Source: Chloroflexota bacterium
Lineage (GTDB): Bacteria > Chloroflexota > Dehalococcoidia > DSTF01 > RBG-16-68-14
Direction of reading: 5' to 3'
Length of the DNA stretch: 63,492 bases
Assembly: GCA_022562155.1 (NCBI GenBank)
Contig: JADFPV010000004.1
Span: 1-63,492 of the forward strand
The notes below the pieces were generated by a model. The model worked only from the letters and a program-made list of their open reading frames with translations, made no database searches and had not been told where the DNA came from. The first letter of the stretch is position 1. Each line of letters starts with the position of its first letter. This document shows positions 11,738 through 20,992 of the stretch, in pieces. The position numbers were made by a program, and so were the translations under genes.

Positions 11738-11759
11738 GCAGATAGGAAGCAGAAGTGGA

Positions 11760-13082
11760 CTAAAGGTCCGGTAGACGGTCTCGAACGGCGTCCAGGAGGT
11801 TCGCGATGGGGACGCGAATCTGCTCCATGCTGTCGCGCTCACGGATAGTGACCGCATCGTCGTCCAACGTATCGAAGTCGACCGTCACGCAGAGGGGCGT
11901 GCCGATCTCGTCCTGGCGCCGATAGCGACGGCCGATGCTCTGCGCGTCATCGAACTGCGTCATGAAGTGCGGCCGCAGCAGGTCCCAGACCTTGCGCGCG
12001 GTGGGCGCGAGCGTTTCTTTGCGACTCAACGGCAGGATCGCAACCTTGATCGGCGCAAGCGCGGGGTGCAAGCGCAGAAGCGTCCGTTTCTCGTCGTTGA
12101 CCACTTCCTCCTGATACGCGTCCAGCAGGAAGACGAGGATCGCGCGGTCCACGCCGAGCGCCGGCTCGACGACGTACGGTACGACGTGCTCGCCAGAGGC
12201 TTCGTCGAAGTACTCCAGCTTCTTACCGCTGTGCTTGGCGTGCTGCTTGAGGTCGTAGTCGCTGCGCTTCGCGATGCCCTCCAGCTCCGCCCAACCCATC
12301 GGAAAGAGGTACTCAATGTCGGTCGTACCGGTGGAGTAGTGCGACAGCTCTTCCGGGTCGTGCTCACGAAATCGCAGCCGCTCCTTCCGCGCGCCGAAGC
12401 GCACAAACCAGTTGAGGCGCTCGTTTCGCCAGTAGTCGTACCACTCGTCATCCGTGCCGGGCATGACGAAATACTCCATCTCCATCTGCTCGAACTCCCT
12501 GGTACGGAAGATGAAGTTCCCCGTCGTGATCTCGTTCCGGAACGACTTGCCCTGCTGGGCGATGCCGAAGGGGAGCTTGCGCCGCGTGGTGGTCTGGACG
12601 TTGTCGAAGTTGACGAAGATGCCTTGCGCCGTTTCCGGCCGCAGGTACGCGATCGCAGCTTCGTCTTCGATCGGCCCAACAAACGTCTTGAACATCGTAT
12701 TGAACTGGCGGGCCTCCGCCAGCTCACCCTCGCAGGCGGGGCAGGCCTTGGCATCGATCTCATCCTCGCGGAACCGCTTGCGGCAGCTCTTACACTCGAC
12801 GAGCGGGTCGTTGAAGTTCGTCGTATGGCCACTGGCCTCCCACACCTTCGGCGACATCAAGATCGAAGCGTCCAGCCCGACGATGTCATCGCGCTCCCGA
12901 ACCATCGCTCGCCACCAAGCTTCCTTCACATTGCGCTTGAGTTCGACGCCCATGGGGCCATAATCCCACGTGCTCTCGAACCCACCGTAGATCTCGCTGC
13001 TAGGAAAAATGAAGCCACGCCGTTTGCATAACGACGCCATGACGTCGAGGTCGACGCTCGGAGTTGGTGTCTCGTCGCTCAT
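11760..13082 (-). CDS. glyQS: glycine--tRNA ligase (alpha2 type)
   Basis: 440 aa. [18 protein letters not shown]-terminus, class II aaRS motifs, anticodon-binding C-terminus. Confidence 0.95.
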   Translation of the reverse strand: MSDETPTPSVDLDVMASLCKRRGFIFPSSEIYGGFESTWDYGPMGVELKRNVKEAWWRAMVRERDDIVGLDASILMSPKVWEASGHTTNFNDPLVECKSCRKRFREDEIDAKACPACEGELAEARQFNTMFKTFVGPIEDEAAIAYLRPETAQGIFVNFDNVQTTTRRKLPFGIAQQGKSFRNEITTGNFIFRTREFEQMEMEYFVMPGTDDEWYDYWRNERLNWFVRFGARKERLRFREHDPEELSHYSTGTTDIEYLFPMGWAELEGIAKRSDYDLKQHAKHSGKKLEYFDEASGEHVVPYVVEPALGVDRAILVFLLDAYQEEVVNDEKRTLLRLHPALAPIKVAILPLSRKETLAPTARKVWDLLRPHFMTQFDDAQSIGRRYRRQDEIGTPLCVTVDFDTLDDDAVTIRERDSMEQIRVPIANLLDAVRDRLPDL

Positions 13083-13273
13083 CGTGGAGGCAACGTAACA
13101 GAACCAGAATGATGGAGCAAAGCTATACGATAGGTCCTAGGGCTCGCTCATGTTCCTCGACGCTCGGCTGCGCCAGATATTCAAGTCCCCGCCACCGCGT
13201 TAACTTGCGCCTCCTCGTTGCTGGCCGTTATGCTCGCATCGAAGGTCGGTTGGTAGCGGGAAGCTTACACACT

Positions 13274-14527
13274 ATGGGCGAACGACTCGTCATCGAGGGT
13301 GGCCGTCCCCTTCGCGGTCAGATACGCGTCAGCGGCGCCAAGAACGCTGCTGATTACGCGATGACTGCCGCACTCCTCACAGCAGAGGACTGCATCCTGG
13401 AAAATGTGCCTGCGATCGAAGAAGTCAAGCACATGACGGCGATCCTCGAGAACCTTGGCGCGGAAGTCGAAACGCTATCACCATCGCGGTTGCGGATCAA
13501 CGCCTCGAAGGTGCACTCCTTTGAACCTCCAAGCGAACTTGTGGTGAACCTGCGCGCGAGCTTCCTGGTCATGGGCTCGCTGCTGACGAGATTTGGCCGG
13601 GCGGCCTGCTGCCCGCCGGGCGGCGACGTGCTCGGGATGCGACCGCTGGATGTCCACTTAGCCGGCTTCCGCGCGCTGGGCGCTGAGGTCTACCGCAGGG
13701 GTGACCAGTTTGTCGCCGAAGCGGACCGGCTCAAGGGCGCGCGTGTCGTGCTCGACTACCCGAGCGTGATGGGCACACTGAACGTGATGCTGGCGGCAAC
13801 GTTGGCAGAAGGCACAACCACCATCGTCAACGCGGCCGCGGAGCCGGAGGTCGTCAGCCTTGTTGAGATGCTGAACCGCATGGGCGCCCAGATCCGAGGC
13901 GCGGGCAGCCACTCGATCGAGATAGAAGGCGTGCGCGAGCTTCACGGGACAACGCAGCGGATCCTGCCCGACCGGCTGGAGGCGGGAACATTCGCGCTCG
14001 CCGCGGCGGCCACACGCGGCGAGGTAGAGATCCTCGGAGCGATCCCGGAGCACCTGGAGGCGCTGATCTGGAAGCTTCGAGAGGCGGGCGTCCGCATCAG
14101 GACGACGGAGGCTGGGCTGGTGGTCACGGGCACCGATAGCTACCAGGCTGTGACCGCTCAGGCGCTGCCCTACCCGGGCCTGGCAACCGACCTGCATCCA
14201 CCGCTGGCCGCGTTCCTCACGCAGGCAACAGGCGTTAGCGTGATCCACGAACGCGTCTATGACAATCGGCTGCTCTATATCAGTGAGCTACGCAAGATGG
14301 GCGCCGATGTTGTGACAGCGGGCCAAACTGCTATCGTGTCCGGGCCGACCCATCTCTACGGCACGCCCGTGCGCTGCATGGACTTGCGAGCCGGCGCCGC
14401 GCTCGTCGTCGCGGCGCTCGCCGCCGAAGGCAAAACCGAAATCGCAGACATCTACCATCTGGACCGGGGCTACGAAGCGCTGGACGAGAAACTCCGCTCG
14501 CTAGGTGGGTCGGTGGAGCGCAACTAG
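13274..14527 (+). CDS. murA: UDP-N-acetylglucosamine 1-carboxyvinyltransferase
   Basis: MGERLVIEGGRPLRGQIRVSGAKNAA start at the internal ATG 13274. Full-length MurA-like sequence. Confidence 0.95.
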   Translation: MGERLVIEGGRPLRGQIRVSGAKNAADYAMTAALLTAEDCILENVPAIEEVKHMTAILENLGAEVETLSPSRLRINASKVHSFEPPSELVVNLRASFLVMGSLLTRFGRAACCPPGGDVLGMRPLDVHLAGFRALGAEVYRRGDQFVAEADRLKGARVVLDYPSVMGTLNVMLAATLAEGTTTIVNAAAEPEVVSLVEMLNRMGAQIRGAGSHSIEIEGVRELHGTTQRILPDRLEAGTFALAAAATRGEVEILGAIPEHLEALIWKLREAGVRIRTTEAGLVVTGTDSYQAVTAQALPYPGLATDLHPPLAAFLTQATGVSVIHERVYDNRLLYISELRKMGADVVTAGQTAIVSGPTHLYGTPVRCMDLRAGAALVVAALAAEGKTEIADIYHLDRGYEALDEKLRSLGGSVERN

Positions 14528-14553
14528 AGCCAAGGATCTGAGAGGAGACATTC

Positions 14554-15585
14554 ATGCTGCCGAAGCGCATCGGGATCGACTTGGGAACCGCGAACGTCCT
14601 GGTCTACGTCAAGGGGCGCGGCATCGTCGTCGACGAGCCCGCCGTCGTCGCGCTTGCGAATCGCGACAACACCGTGGTGGCCGTAGGCTCGGAGGCGCGA
14701 GACATGCTGGGGAGGACCCCGGAAACGATCTCCGTCATTCGCCCGATGAGAGACGGCGTGATCGCGGACTACCTGATCACCGAAGCCATGCTGCGCTACT
14801 TCGTGAACAAAGTGGTTGGCAGACTGAACTTCATCAAGCCCGAAGTGATGATTTGCATCCCTGCCGGCGTCACGAGCGTGGAGCGCCGCGCTGTCGCCGA
14901 CGCCGCGGAGCAAGCAGGCGCCAGAAGGCCGGCTCGCCTCATTGAGGAGCCGCTCGCCGCGGCCATCGGCGCGCGCATCCCGGTTGCCACGCCAAGCGGC
15001 AATATGATCGTCGACATTGGAGGCGGGCGAACTGAGGCCGCCGTGATCTCAATGTACGGCATCGTGGTCTCGGAGTCGGCGCGGGTCGCCGGCGACCGTA
15101 TGGACGACGCGATCACCGCCTATGTGAAGCGCCGGCACAACCTCCTCATTGGCGAACGCACGGCCGAGGAGGTCAAGGTGACAATCGGCAGCGCCATCCC
15201 GCTGGAGGAAGAGATGACGATGCAAGTACGGGGCCGCGACCAGGTCAGCGGCCTGCCGCGGCCGGTTACGCTCACGAGCAACGAGATCACACAGGCCTTG
15301 CAGGACAGCCTGGCGAGCATTGTCCAGACCGTACGTAGCGTGTTGGAGCGGACGCCGCCGGAACTGGCAGCTGACGTGATCGATCGCGGGCTGGTCCTCG
15401 CCGGTGGTGGAGCGCTGCTGCGCTACCTGGACGTGCTGCTAACGCAGGAGACCGGCATTCCCTGCCACTTGGCAGACAATCCACTGCAGTGCACGGCGGT
15501 TGGGACGGGCCTCGCGCTGGAGCACTGGGACGTAATCCAGCGGAGCCAGCGGACGGAAGAAGAGTCGCTGATCGCTAGCGCATGA
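14554..15585 (+). CDS. mreB: rod shape-determining protein MreB
   Basis: [20 protein letters not shown]..., actin-fold ATPase motifs. Confidence 0.95.
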   Translation: MLPKRIGIDLGTANVLVYVKGRGIVVDEPAVVALANRDNTVVAVGSEARDMLGRTPETISVIRPMRDGVIADYLITEAMLRYFVNKVVGRLNFIKPEVMICIPAGVTSVERRAVADAAEQAGARRPARLIEEPLAAAIGARIPVATPSGNMIVDIGGGRTEAAVISMYGIVVSESARVAGDRMDDAITAYVKRRHNLLIGERTAEEVKVTIGSAIPLEEEMTMQVRGRDQVSGLPRPVTLTSNEITQALQDSLASIVQTVRSVLERTPPELAADVIDRGLVLAGGGALLRYLDVLLTQETGIPCHLADNPLQCTAVGTGLALEHWDVIQRSQRTEEESLIASA

Positions 15586-15631
15586 GGGCGGTCGCCTGAG
15601 GCGAACGCCTGTCACACGTTCTGGCGACAGC

Positions 15632-16267
15632 CTAGGACGTGGTTCCGCCTTCCTTGATGTAGAACGTCATGCTCTGGAGCCCCAAGACAGGGTCGATGTC
15701 CCTGATGCGCACGTCCGGCGGTGCATGCGCTGCGATGGGCGCGTAGTTGAGGATGGCCTTTACCCCACACTCGACCAGGGCATCGATGACTTCCTGTGCA
15801 TTTGCCGCGGGGACGGCAACGATTGCGATCTGAGCATCGAGGTCCGGCATCTCATCCTGTAGCTGCGCGACCGACTTCACCTCCAGGCCATTCACCATGT
15901 CGCCAACGATGTCGGGGTCGACATCAAAGGCAGCGACGATGCGAAAGCCTTGCGGCGCGAAGCCATCGTAGCCGAGGATGGCCCGGCCTAGCTGGCCGAC
16001 GCCAACAAGCACCATCGACCACTCGCGGGTGATGCCAAGAATCTGGTGGAGTTCTTCCAGCAGTCGCTTGACGTTATAGCCGCGGCCCTGCTTCCCGAAC
16101 CTGCCAAAATAGCTCAGATCCTTGCGAATCTGGGCCGGCGTGACTCCGAGCCGCCCGCCAAGCTCTTGCGAGTTCACCACGTTCCGGCCTTGGCGCTGGA
16201 GTAGCGCCAACGCTCGTGTGTAGATGGGCAGCCGATCGATGACGACCTCGGGGATCTCGAGAGCCAA
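15632..16267 (-). CDS. rex: redox-sensing transcriptional repressor Rex
   Basis: wHTH N-terminus (RLPIYTRAL...SQELG) plus Rossmann GVGQLGRA. TTG start. Confidence 0.9.
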   Translation of the reverse strand: MALEIPEVVIDRLPIYTRALALLQRQGRNVVNSQELGGRLGVTPAQIRKDLSYFGRFGKQGRGYNVKRLLEELHQILGITREWSMVLVGVGQLGRAILGYDGFAPQGFRIVAAFDVDPDIVGDMVNGLEVKSVAQLQDEMPDLDAQIAIVAVPAANAQEVIDALVECGVKAILNYAPIAAHAPPDVRIRDIDPVLGLQSMTFYIKEGGTTS

Positions 16268-16320
16268 TTTACACTCCTATTGACGCTCCGCCCTGGCGAC
16301 AGGCTTCCCTGGAGCAGGTC

Positions 16321-16361
16321 TGTGCAGTGCAGCACATGCGCAATCTGTGATTGCGTGCACA
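16321..16361. promoter_or_regulatory. two tandem Rex-operator-like palindromes (TGTGCAGTGCAGCACA, TGTGATTGCGTGCACA)
   Basis: Both fit TGTGN-N6-NCACA. Located 55-95 nt upstream of the rex start. Confidence 0.4.
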
Positions 16362-16405
16362 ATGTAGCATCGGCCTAATTGAGGGTCAACTTAGGACAAT
16401 GCGAA

Positions 16406-16428
16406 AGGCCTGCCTTAAGGGCAGGCCT
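16406..16428 (-). terminator. hairpin terminator after ftsH
   Basis: AGGCCTGCC-ttaag-GGCAGGCCT, 20 nt downstream of the ftsH stop. Confidence 0.55.
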
Positions 16429-16450
16429 CGCATATCACCTGTAGATTCGC

Positions 16451-18433
16451 CTATTTGTCGGAATCGAGCTGGATGTTCGTCTGACTACCGTACGCGAGGC
16501 CAGGCTCACCCTTTACCGGCGGCTTGTCGCTCTCCTCTTCCTGCCCGGGCTCCTCCTTGGGAGGCTCGTCTTCCTCCTTTGGAGCCTTCACAGCGGGTGT
16601 TGGCACCGGCAACTCGCCGACCGGCGAATCAAGCAGCTTCGCGAGCTCCTCGCCGTCGAGCGTCTCCTCGATCAGGATGTGTTGCACGATTTCGTCGAGT
16701 TTTGCGCGATGCTCCGTAAGCAGGTCCTTGGCCTTCTGGTAAGCCTTGTCGATCAGTCGACGTACCTCTTCGTCAATCTCTTCGGCGACCTTCTCGCTGT
16801 AGTCGCGCTGCTCAGAGATCTCGCGGCCCAGGAACACCATCTCCTGTTTGCGGCCAAACGTACGCGGGCCAAGGCGCTCGCTCATTCCCCACTGTGTCAC
16901 CATCTGCCGGGCGATGCTCGTCGCCTGCTGAATGTCGTTCTGCGGGCCCGTCGTCATCTCGCCAAACACCAGCTCTTCGGCAACGTGACCGCCGAGTGAC
17001 GTCGCGAGCATATCGTTGTACTGCGAGCGGTTCATGAGATGGCGGTCTTCTTCCGGCAAGTAGCGCGTGAAGCCACCAGCCATGCCGCGAGCAACGATGC
17101 TCATCTTGAACGGCTTGTCGGAGTTCGGGCACAGATGACCGACAAGTGCATGGCCGGACTCGTGGTAGGCGATGATCTTCCTTTCGTTCTCGCTGATCAC
17201 CCGGCTCTTCCGTTCGGGGCCCGCGATCACACGGTCGACGGCCTCGTTGAACTCCGGCATGCCGGCCTTCTTCTTATTCCGGCGGGCGGCAAGGATCGCG
17301 CCTTCGTTGACGAGATTCGCAAGGTCGGCTCCGGTAAAGCCCGGTGTCTGCTTGGCAATCACCATGAGGTCGACCTCGTCCTCCAGAGGCTTGCCCTTCG
17401 AGTGCACCTGGAGGATCGCCTCGCGGCCACGGATATCGGGCCGGTCGAGAATGACCTGGCGATCGAAGCGGCCCGGACGCAGCAGCGCCGGGTCCAGGAT
17501 GTCGGGCCGGTTGGTGGCAGCGAGGACGATCACGTTTGTGTTTGTGTCGAATCCATCCATCTCTACGAGGATCTGGTTCAACGTCTGCTCGCGCTCGTCG
17601 TGACTGCCCCCCAGGCCCGAGCCACGCATTCGCCCAACAGCGTCAATCTCGTCGACGAAGACGATGCACGGCGCGTTGCGCTTCGCCTGCTCGAACAGGT
17701 CCCGGACGCGGGAGGCGCCCACACCGACGAACATCTCAACGAACTCGGAGCCGCTGATGGAGAAGAAAGGCACGCCTGCCTCGCCGGCGACGGCACGCGA
17801 GAGCAGCGTCTTACCGGTCCCAGGCGGCCCCAGTAACAGGACGCCACGCGGGATGCGCGCGCCCAGCGCCGCGAATTTCTCCGGGTACTTGAGGAACTCG
17901 ACGACTTCTTCCAGCTCTTCCTTGGCCTCATCCACACCCGCAACGTCCATGAAGGTCACTGTGGGGCGGTTGCCCGTGAACGTTTTTGCCTTACTCTTAC
18001 CGAAGCTCATGGCTTGGGCGTTTGAGCCCTGTGCCTGACGCATGAAGAAGATCAAGATCGCGCCGAAGAGCAGGAGCGGCAGGAAGGTGATGAAGAGACC
18101 GATGTAACTGCCGAAACCGCCGGAGCCTTGGACGTTTATTAAGACGGCATCCGGCCCAGTGACGGCAACGCCTTGGGCCTCCAGCAGTTCAACAAGGCTG
18201 GCGCCTTCTTCCTTCTTAGACTTGAAGAGGTCTTCGCCGTTGCTCTTAAGCGTGAGGTTGTCGCCCTTGACGACGATCTCGTCAATGCTGCCGTCCTTGG
18301 CCATCGTAATGGCTTCAGAGATCGATATCTCTTTTAGGCCTTCACCCCGGCCAAAGAACGAGTAGACGATAGCGACGACTGCTACCAGAATGAGGAGATA
18401 AATGAATCCGTTGCGAAGCCAGCGGGAACCCAT
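16451..18433 (-). CDS. ftsH: ATP-dependent zinc metalloprotease FtsH
   Basis: 660 aa. N-terminal TMs, AAA+ [14 protein letters not shown] zinc motif. Confidence 0.97.
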   Translation of the reverse strand: MGSRWLRNGFIYLLILVAVVAIVYSFFGRGEGLKEISISEAITMAKDGSIDEIVVKGDNLTLKSNGEDLFKSKKEEGASLVELLEAQGVAVTGPDAVLINVQGSGGFGSYIGLFITFLPLLLFGAILIFFMRQAQGSNAQAMSFGKSKAKTFTGNRPTVTFMDVAGVDEAKEELEEVVEFLKYPEKFAALGARIPRGVLLLGPPGTGKTLLSRAVAGEAGVPFFSISGSEFVEMFVGVGASRVRDLFEQAKRNAPCIVFVDEIDAVGRMRGSGLGGSHDEREQTLNQILVEMDGFDTNTNVIVLAATNRPDILDPALLRPGRFDRQVILDRPDIRGREAILQVHSKGKPLEDEVDLMVIAKQTPGFTGADLANLVNEGAILAARRNKKKAGMPEFNEAVDRVIAGPERKSRVISENERKIIAYHESGHALVGHLCPNSDKPFKMSIVARGMAGGFTRYLPEEDRHLMNRSQYNDMLATSLGGHVAEELVFGEMTTGPQNDIQQATSIARQMVTQWGMSERLGPRTFGRKQEMVFLGREISEQRDYSEKVAEEIDEEVRRLIDKAYQKAKDLLTEHRAKLDEIVQHILIEETLDGEELAKLLDSPVGELPVPTPAVKAPKEEDEPPKEEPGQEEESDKPPVKGEPGLAYGSQTNIQLDSDK

Positions 18434-18562
18434 GCTGGTGTACCTACCTTACTCTTCGATGGCCCGTCAGCTCGGGGATCGGCTCTGGCCGAAGGCCTCA
18501 AGATCAGTATAGCAGACTCGAATAGTGATTCAGCAGTAGTATCGGCAGGCGGCCGGCTCGCC

Positions 18563-18754
18563 TCAATCCTCGTCTTCGGACGCTAGCTTCCCTGACTGAG
18601 CCCAGTCGTCCTTCGAGACGTCCGTGAACACAACGATAGTCTGGTCCGGCGTCGTGTGCGCCACGTTGCAGACGACATCGGTGATGGCGCGCGCCATCTC
18701 CCGCTTCTGGGCCCGCGTCCTGCCCGGCCACATCTCTATTCGCACGATTGGCAT
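18563..18754 (-). CDS. 4-oxalocrotonate tautomerase family protein
   Basis: MPIVRIEMWPGRTRAQKREMARAIT (Pro-1 after Met), 63 aa. GGAGG RBS. Only the last 63 codons of ORF 18563..19222 are used. Confidence 0.75.
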   Translation of the reverse strand: MPIVRIEMWPGRTRAQKREMARAITDVVCNVAHTTPDQTIVVFTDVSKDDWAQSGKLASEDED

Positions 18755-18948
18755 GCTGTCCCTCCTATAGACGATGTCCTCTAAGCAGGCGCATGATAGC
18801 GCGTACGCCTGTCCGTGCGGACAGGCGCGCGGTACGTCCGTCGATGCGGTAGCATCGGGCGAAACGAGGAGGTAGTACGCTGGGCATTTTTCGCGGCATC
18901 CCAACCCTCTCTCAAGAGCTGCGCGCGTGGCGGCGAGGCTTTCGTCAT

Positions 18949-19563
18949 GTGGCGGGAGTCGACGAGGCCGGTCGCGGACCGATGGCAGGCCCGGTGATCG
19001 CAGCCGCAGTCGTGCTGCACCCAGAATTCGCCGCGGTGTGGTGGTCCGAGCTGCGCGACTCGAAAGCGCTGACCGCGCGCCAACGAGACCGCCTGGCCAG
19101 TAGCCTGCGAGACAGCGCCGGCTATGGTATCGGGCGCGCCGGCAACGATGAGATCGATAACGAGGGCCTCGTCCCGGCCACACAGCGCGCGATGCAGCGA
19201 GCGCTGGAAGCGCTTCCTTCACGACCGGACCTGGTGCTCGTCGACGCTGTGACGCTGCCCGACGTCGCAGAAGAGCAGCACGCGATCATCCACGGCGACG
19301 CGCTCTGCATCTCGATCGCGGCCGCGTCGATCTTGGCGAAGGTCGAACGGGACGAAATCATGGACAAGTACGACGAGCAATACCCCGATTATGGCTTCGC
19401 CCACAACCGAGGCTACTGCACCAAGGAACATCTACAGGCACTCGAAGAGCACGGACCATGCCCTGTACACCGGCGATCCTTCGCGCCGGTACGAAGCTAC
19501 CTCGAGGGACGTCAGACAAGCCTGTTCGATCAGGAAAGGACTGACGCGTTGCGCCAGTCCTGA
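18949..19563 (+). CDS. rnhB: ribonuclease HII
   Basis: AGVDEAGRGPMAGPVIAAAVVL, DSK, catalytic Asp motifs. GTG start (uncertain). Confidence 0.9.
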   Translation: MAGVDEAGRGPMAGPVIAAAVVLHPEFAAVWWSELRDSKALTARQRDRLASSLRDSAGYGIGRAGNDEIDNEGLVPATQRAMQRALEALPSRPDLVLVDAVTLPDVAEEQHAIIHGDALCISIAAASILAKVERDEIMDKYDEQYPDYGFAHNRGYCTKEHLQALEEHGPCPVHRRSFAPVRSYLEGRQTSLFDQERTDALRQS

Positions 19564-19590
19564 CCTCGTGAAGAGTTGGGCTGATCGGAC

Positions 19591-19773
19591 CTAAGCGGCG
19601 GCCTGTGCAGAACGCTCGTCCATCTCATCATTGAGACGGGCGCGGATGCGATTGATAGCGGCGGCACTAGGCTTCTGCGCGACATCTTTACGTACGTCCA
19701 CGAGCAGATTGTAGAGCCATTCGCCCCGTTCGAACTGATCGATGCGTGTCTGCTTGGATTCTTTCGCTTTCAT
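19591..19773 (-). CDS. hypothetical small protein (60 aa)
   Basis: ATG at 19773 with AGGAG RBS. Divergent from the block A promoter. Confidence 0.35.
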   Translation of the reverse strand: MKAKESKQTRIDQFERGEWLYNLLVDVRKDVAQKPSAAAINRIRARLNDEMDERSAQAAA

Positions 19774-19872
19774 CACGGTTCTCCTCACTACTACAATCGG
19801 CAGGGCCTCTCGAATCTTCGTACTGGACTTCCCCTATATACCCGCTGTTTACTCACGTCTGCCGTCTTAGGC

Positions 19873-19901
19873 TTGACGGAATAGTACATATGTTCTATTC
19901 T
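19873..19901 (+). promoter_or_regulatory. promoter P1 with embedded LexA-like box (TTGACG-gaat-AGTACATATGTTCT-ATTCT)
   Basis: -35 TTGACG 19873-19878, 17-nt spacer, -10 TATTCT 19896-19901. Box 19883-19896 has one mismatch to AGAAC-N4-GTTCT. Confidence 0.5.
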
Positions 19902-19956
19902 GCACATTAGCAGACGCCTCGATGGCGGGGCGGGCACATAGTGAAGTTGGCTTCTC

Positions 19957-20259
19957 TTGAACATTTCCGGCCTGATCATAGGCCAAGACATCACGACGGC
20001 GCTGTTCGCCACGGTCAACGCCGGATACTTCGGCGGCTACTGGTGGCGAAGCTCGGCCACGCGAGGACGGCGCGTTGGCGCGGCGGCACTTATGTTGCTG
20101 AGCACCGCGAGCGTCGTGGAGGCGATATTCTCCCAAGGCCTGTTCTGGTTACAACGCGGTGACCTGCTCTCTTACAGTGTCTGGGCGCTCCTCCGCCTGC
20201 CCCTGCTAGCGGCGACGTTGCTCATCTCAGCCATCATCCTGCGGAGGGTCCTTGGCTGA
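19957..20259 (+). CDS. small 3-TM membrane protein (holin-like, speculative)
   Basis: 100 aa, three hydrophobic segments. TTG start uncertain. First gene after P1. Confidence 0.4.
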   Translation: MNISGLIIGQDITTALFATVNAGYFGGYWWRSSATRGRRVGAAALMLLSTASVVEAIFSQGLFWLQRGDLLSYSVWALLRLPLLAATLLISAIILRRVLG

Positions 20260-20420
20260 TGGCCGCAGCGTTGCCAATCGCCATCGAGAGAAAAGAGTGG
20301 ACGTTGGCAGCGCTCTGTCTTCTCCTCGGCGTGGCCGAAGCAGCCTCGCGTCTGCCGCCCGAGACATTCGAGAGCCTGCTGGAGCTGCTCGAAGGAACAT
20401 CGCGTGACCAGCGAAACTGA
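20259..20420 (+). CDS. hypothetical small protein (53 aa)
   Basis: ATG overlaps the upstream stop (TGATG). Not in the ORF track (<60 aa). Confidence 0.3.
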   Translation: MAAALPIAIERKEWTLAALCLLLGVAEAASRLPPETFESLLELLEGTSRDQRN

Positions 20421-20751
20421 GGAGGCGATCAAGGATGACGAGGCCGACGTTGCAGACAACTTCTACAGCGACGCCTGTAACGAGGCTGAGCGCCTTCAGC
20501 TACAGAAGGCAGGAGAGATCGAAGGCCTCGATGACGAGATTGCGATGTTGCGAGTGAAGCTCCGCAGCGTCGTCAGCAAGCGCAAGGAGAACATCCCGCT
20601 GATGTTGCGCGGAATCGATCTACTGGTGAAGGCCGTCTCTGCCCGCTATCGCCTCTCGAAGAAGGCCGAAGAGGATCTGTCGGACAGCCTGGCCGGGGTG
20701 CTCCGTGGCGTCGGCGGCGCGCTGATGCCAGAGCGATTCGACGATGCGTAA
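20404..20751 (+). CDS. hypothetical helical protein (phage block A)
   Basis: 115 aa, acidic N-terminus, predicted helical. Overlaps its neighbours. Confidence 0.45.
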   Translation: MTSETEEAIKDDEADVADNFYSDACNEAERLQLQKAGEIEGLDDEIAMLRVKLRSVVSKRKENIPLMLRGIDLLVKAVSARYRLSKKAEEDLSDSLAGVLRGVGGALMPERFDDA

Positions 20752-20989
20752 GCCATCAGCAACGAAAGGCCCCCGCCTGCTGGAGAGAACGCTTGCCCGC
20801 TTTCGCGCACCAGCGCCACGCACCACCCACACGGTCCGGCTTTCGCCGGAGACGTTTCGGGCCGTCGTCGACGAGCGGCTCCGTTCGCTGGAACATCAGC
20901 TCAACGAGGTCAAAGGCCGCGTCAACGGCCTGATCTTCCTGCTCGCGGGGGCCGTGGCGACACAGCTGATCCTCAGACTGGCGGGCTAG
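20744..20989 (+). CDS. coiled-coil + C-terminal TM protein (XhlA-like architecture)
   Basis: LRSLEHQLNEVKGRVNGLIFLLAGAVATQLILRL: coiled coil followed by a single TM. Confidence 0.4.
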   Translation: MRKPSATKGPRLLERTLARFRAPAPRTTHTVRLSPETFRAVVDERLRSLEHQLNEVKGRVNGLIFLLAGAVATQLILRLAG

Positions 20990-20992
20990 GGC

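Noticed and set aside
11967-13031. 354-aa plus-strand ORF antisense to glyQS
   Set aside because: Shadow ORF of a strongly supported gene, with no motifs.
13083-13273. Possible T-box riboswitch in the glyQS leader
   Set aside because: I read the minus-strand leader and found no T-box sequence (GGGUGGNACCGCG), specifier-loop or antiterminator arrangement. Only a partial CCACCGCG occurs, and on the wrong strand.
17039-17836. 265-aa plus-strand ORF antisense to ftsH
   Set aside because: Shadow ORF.
18755-19222. Upstream 156 codons of ORF 18563..19222
   Set aside because: It overlaps rnhB antisense. Only the last 63 codons (with a GGAGG RBS) form a tautomerase-family protein.
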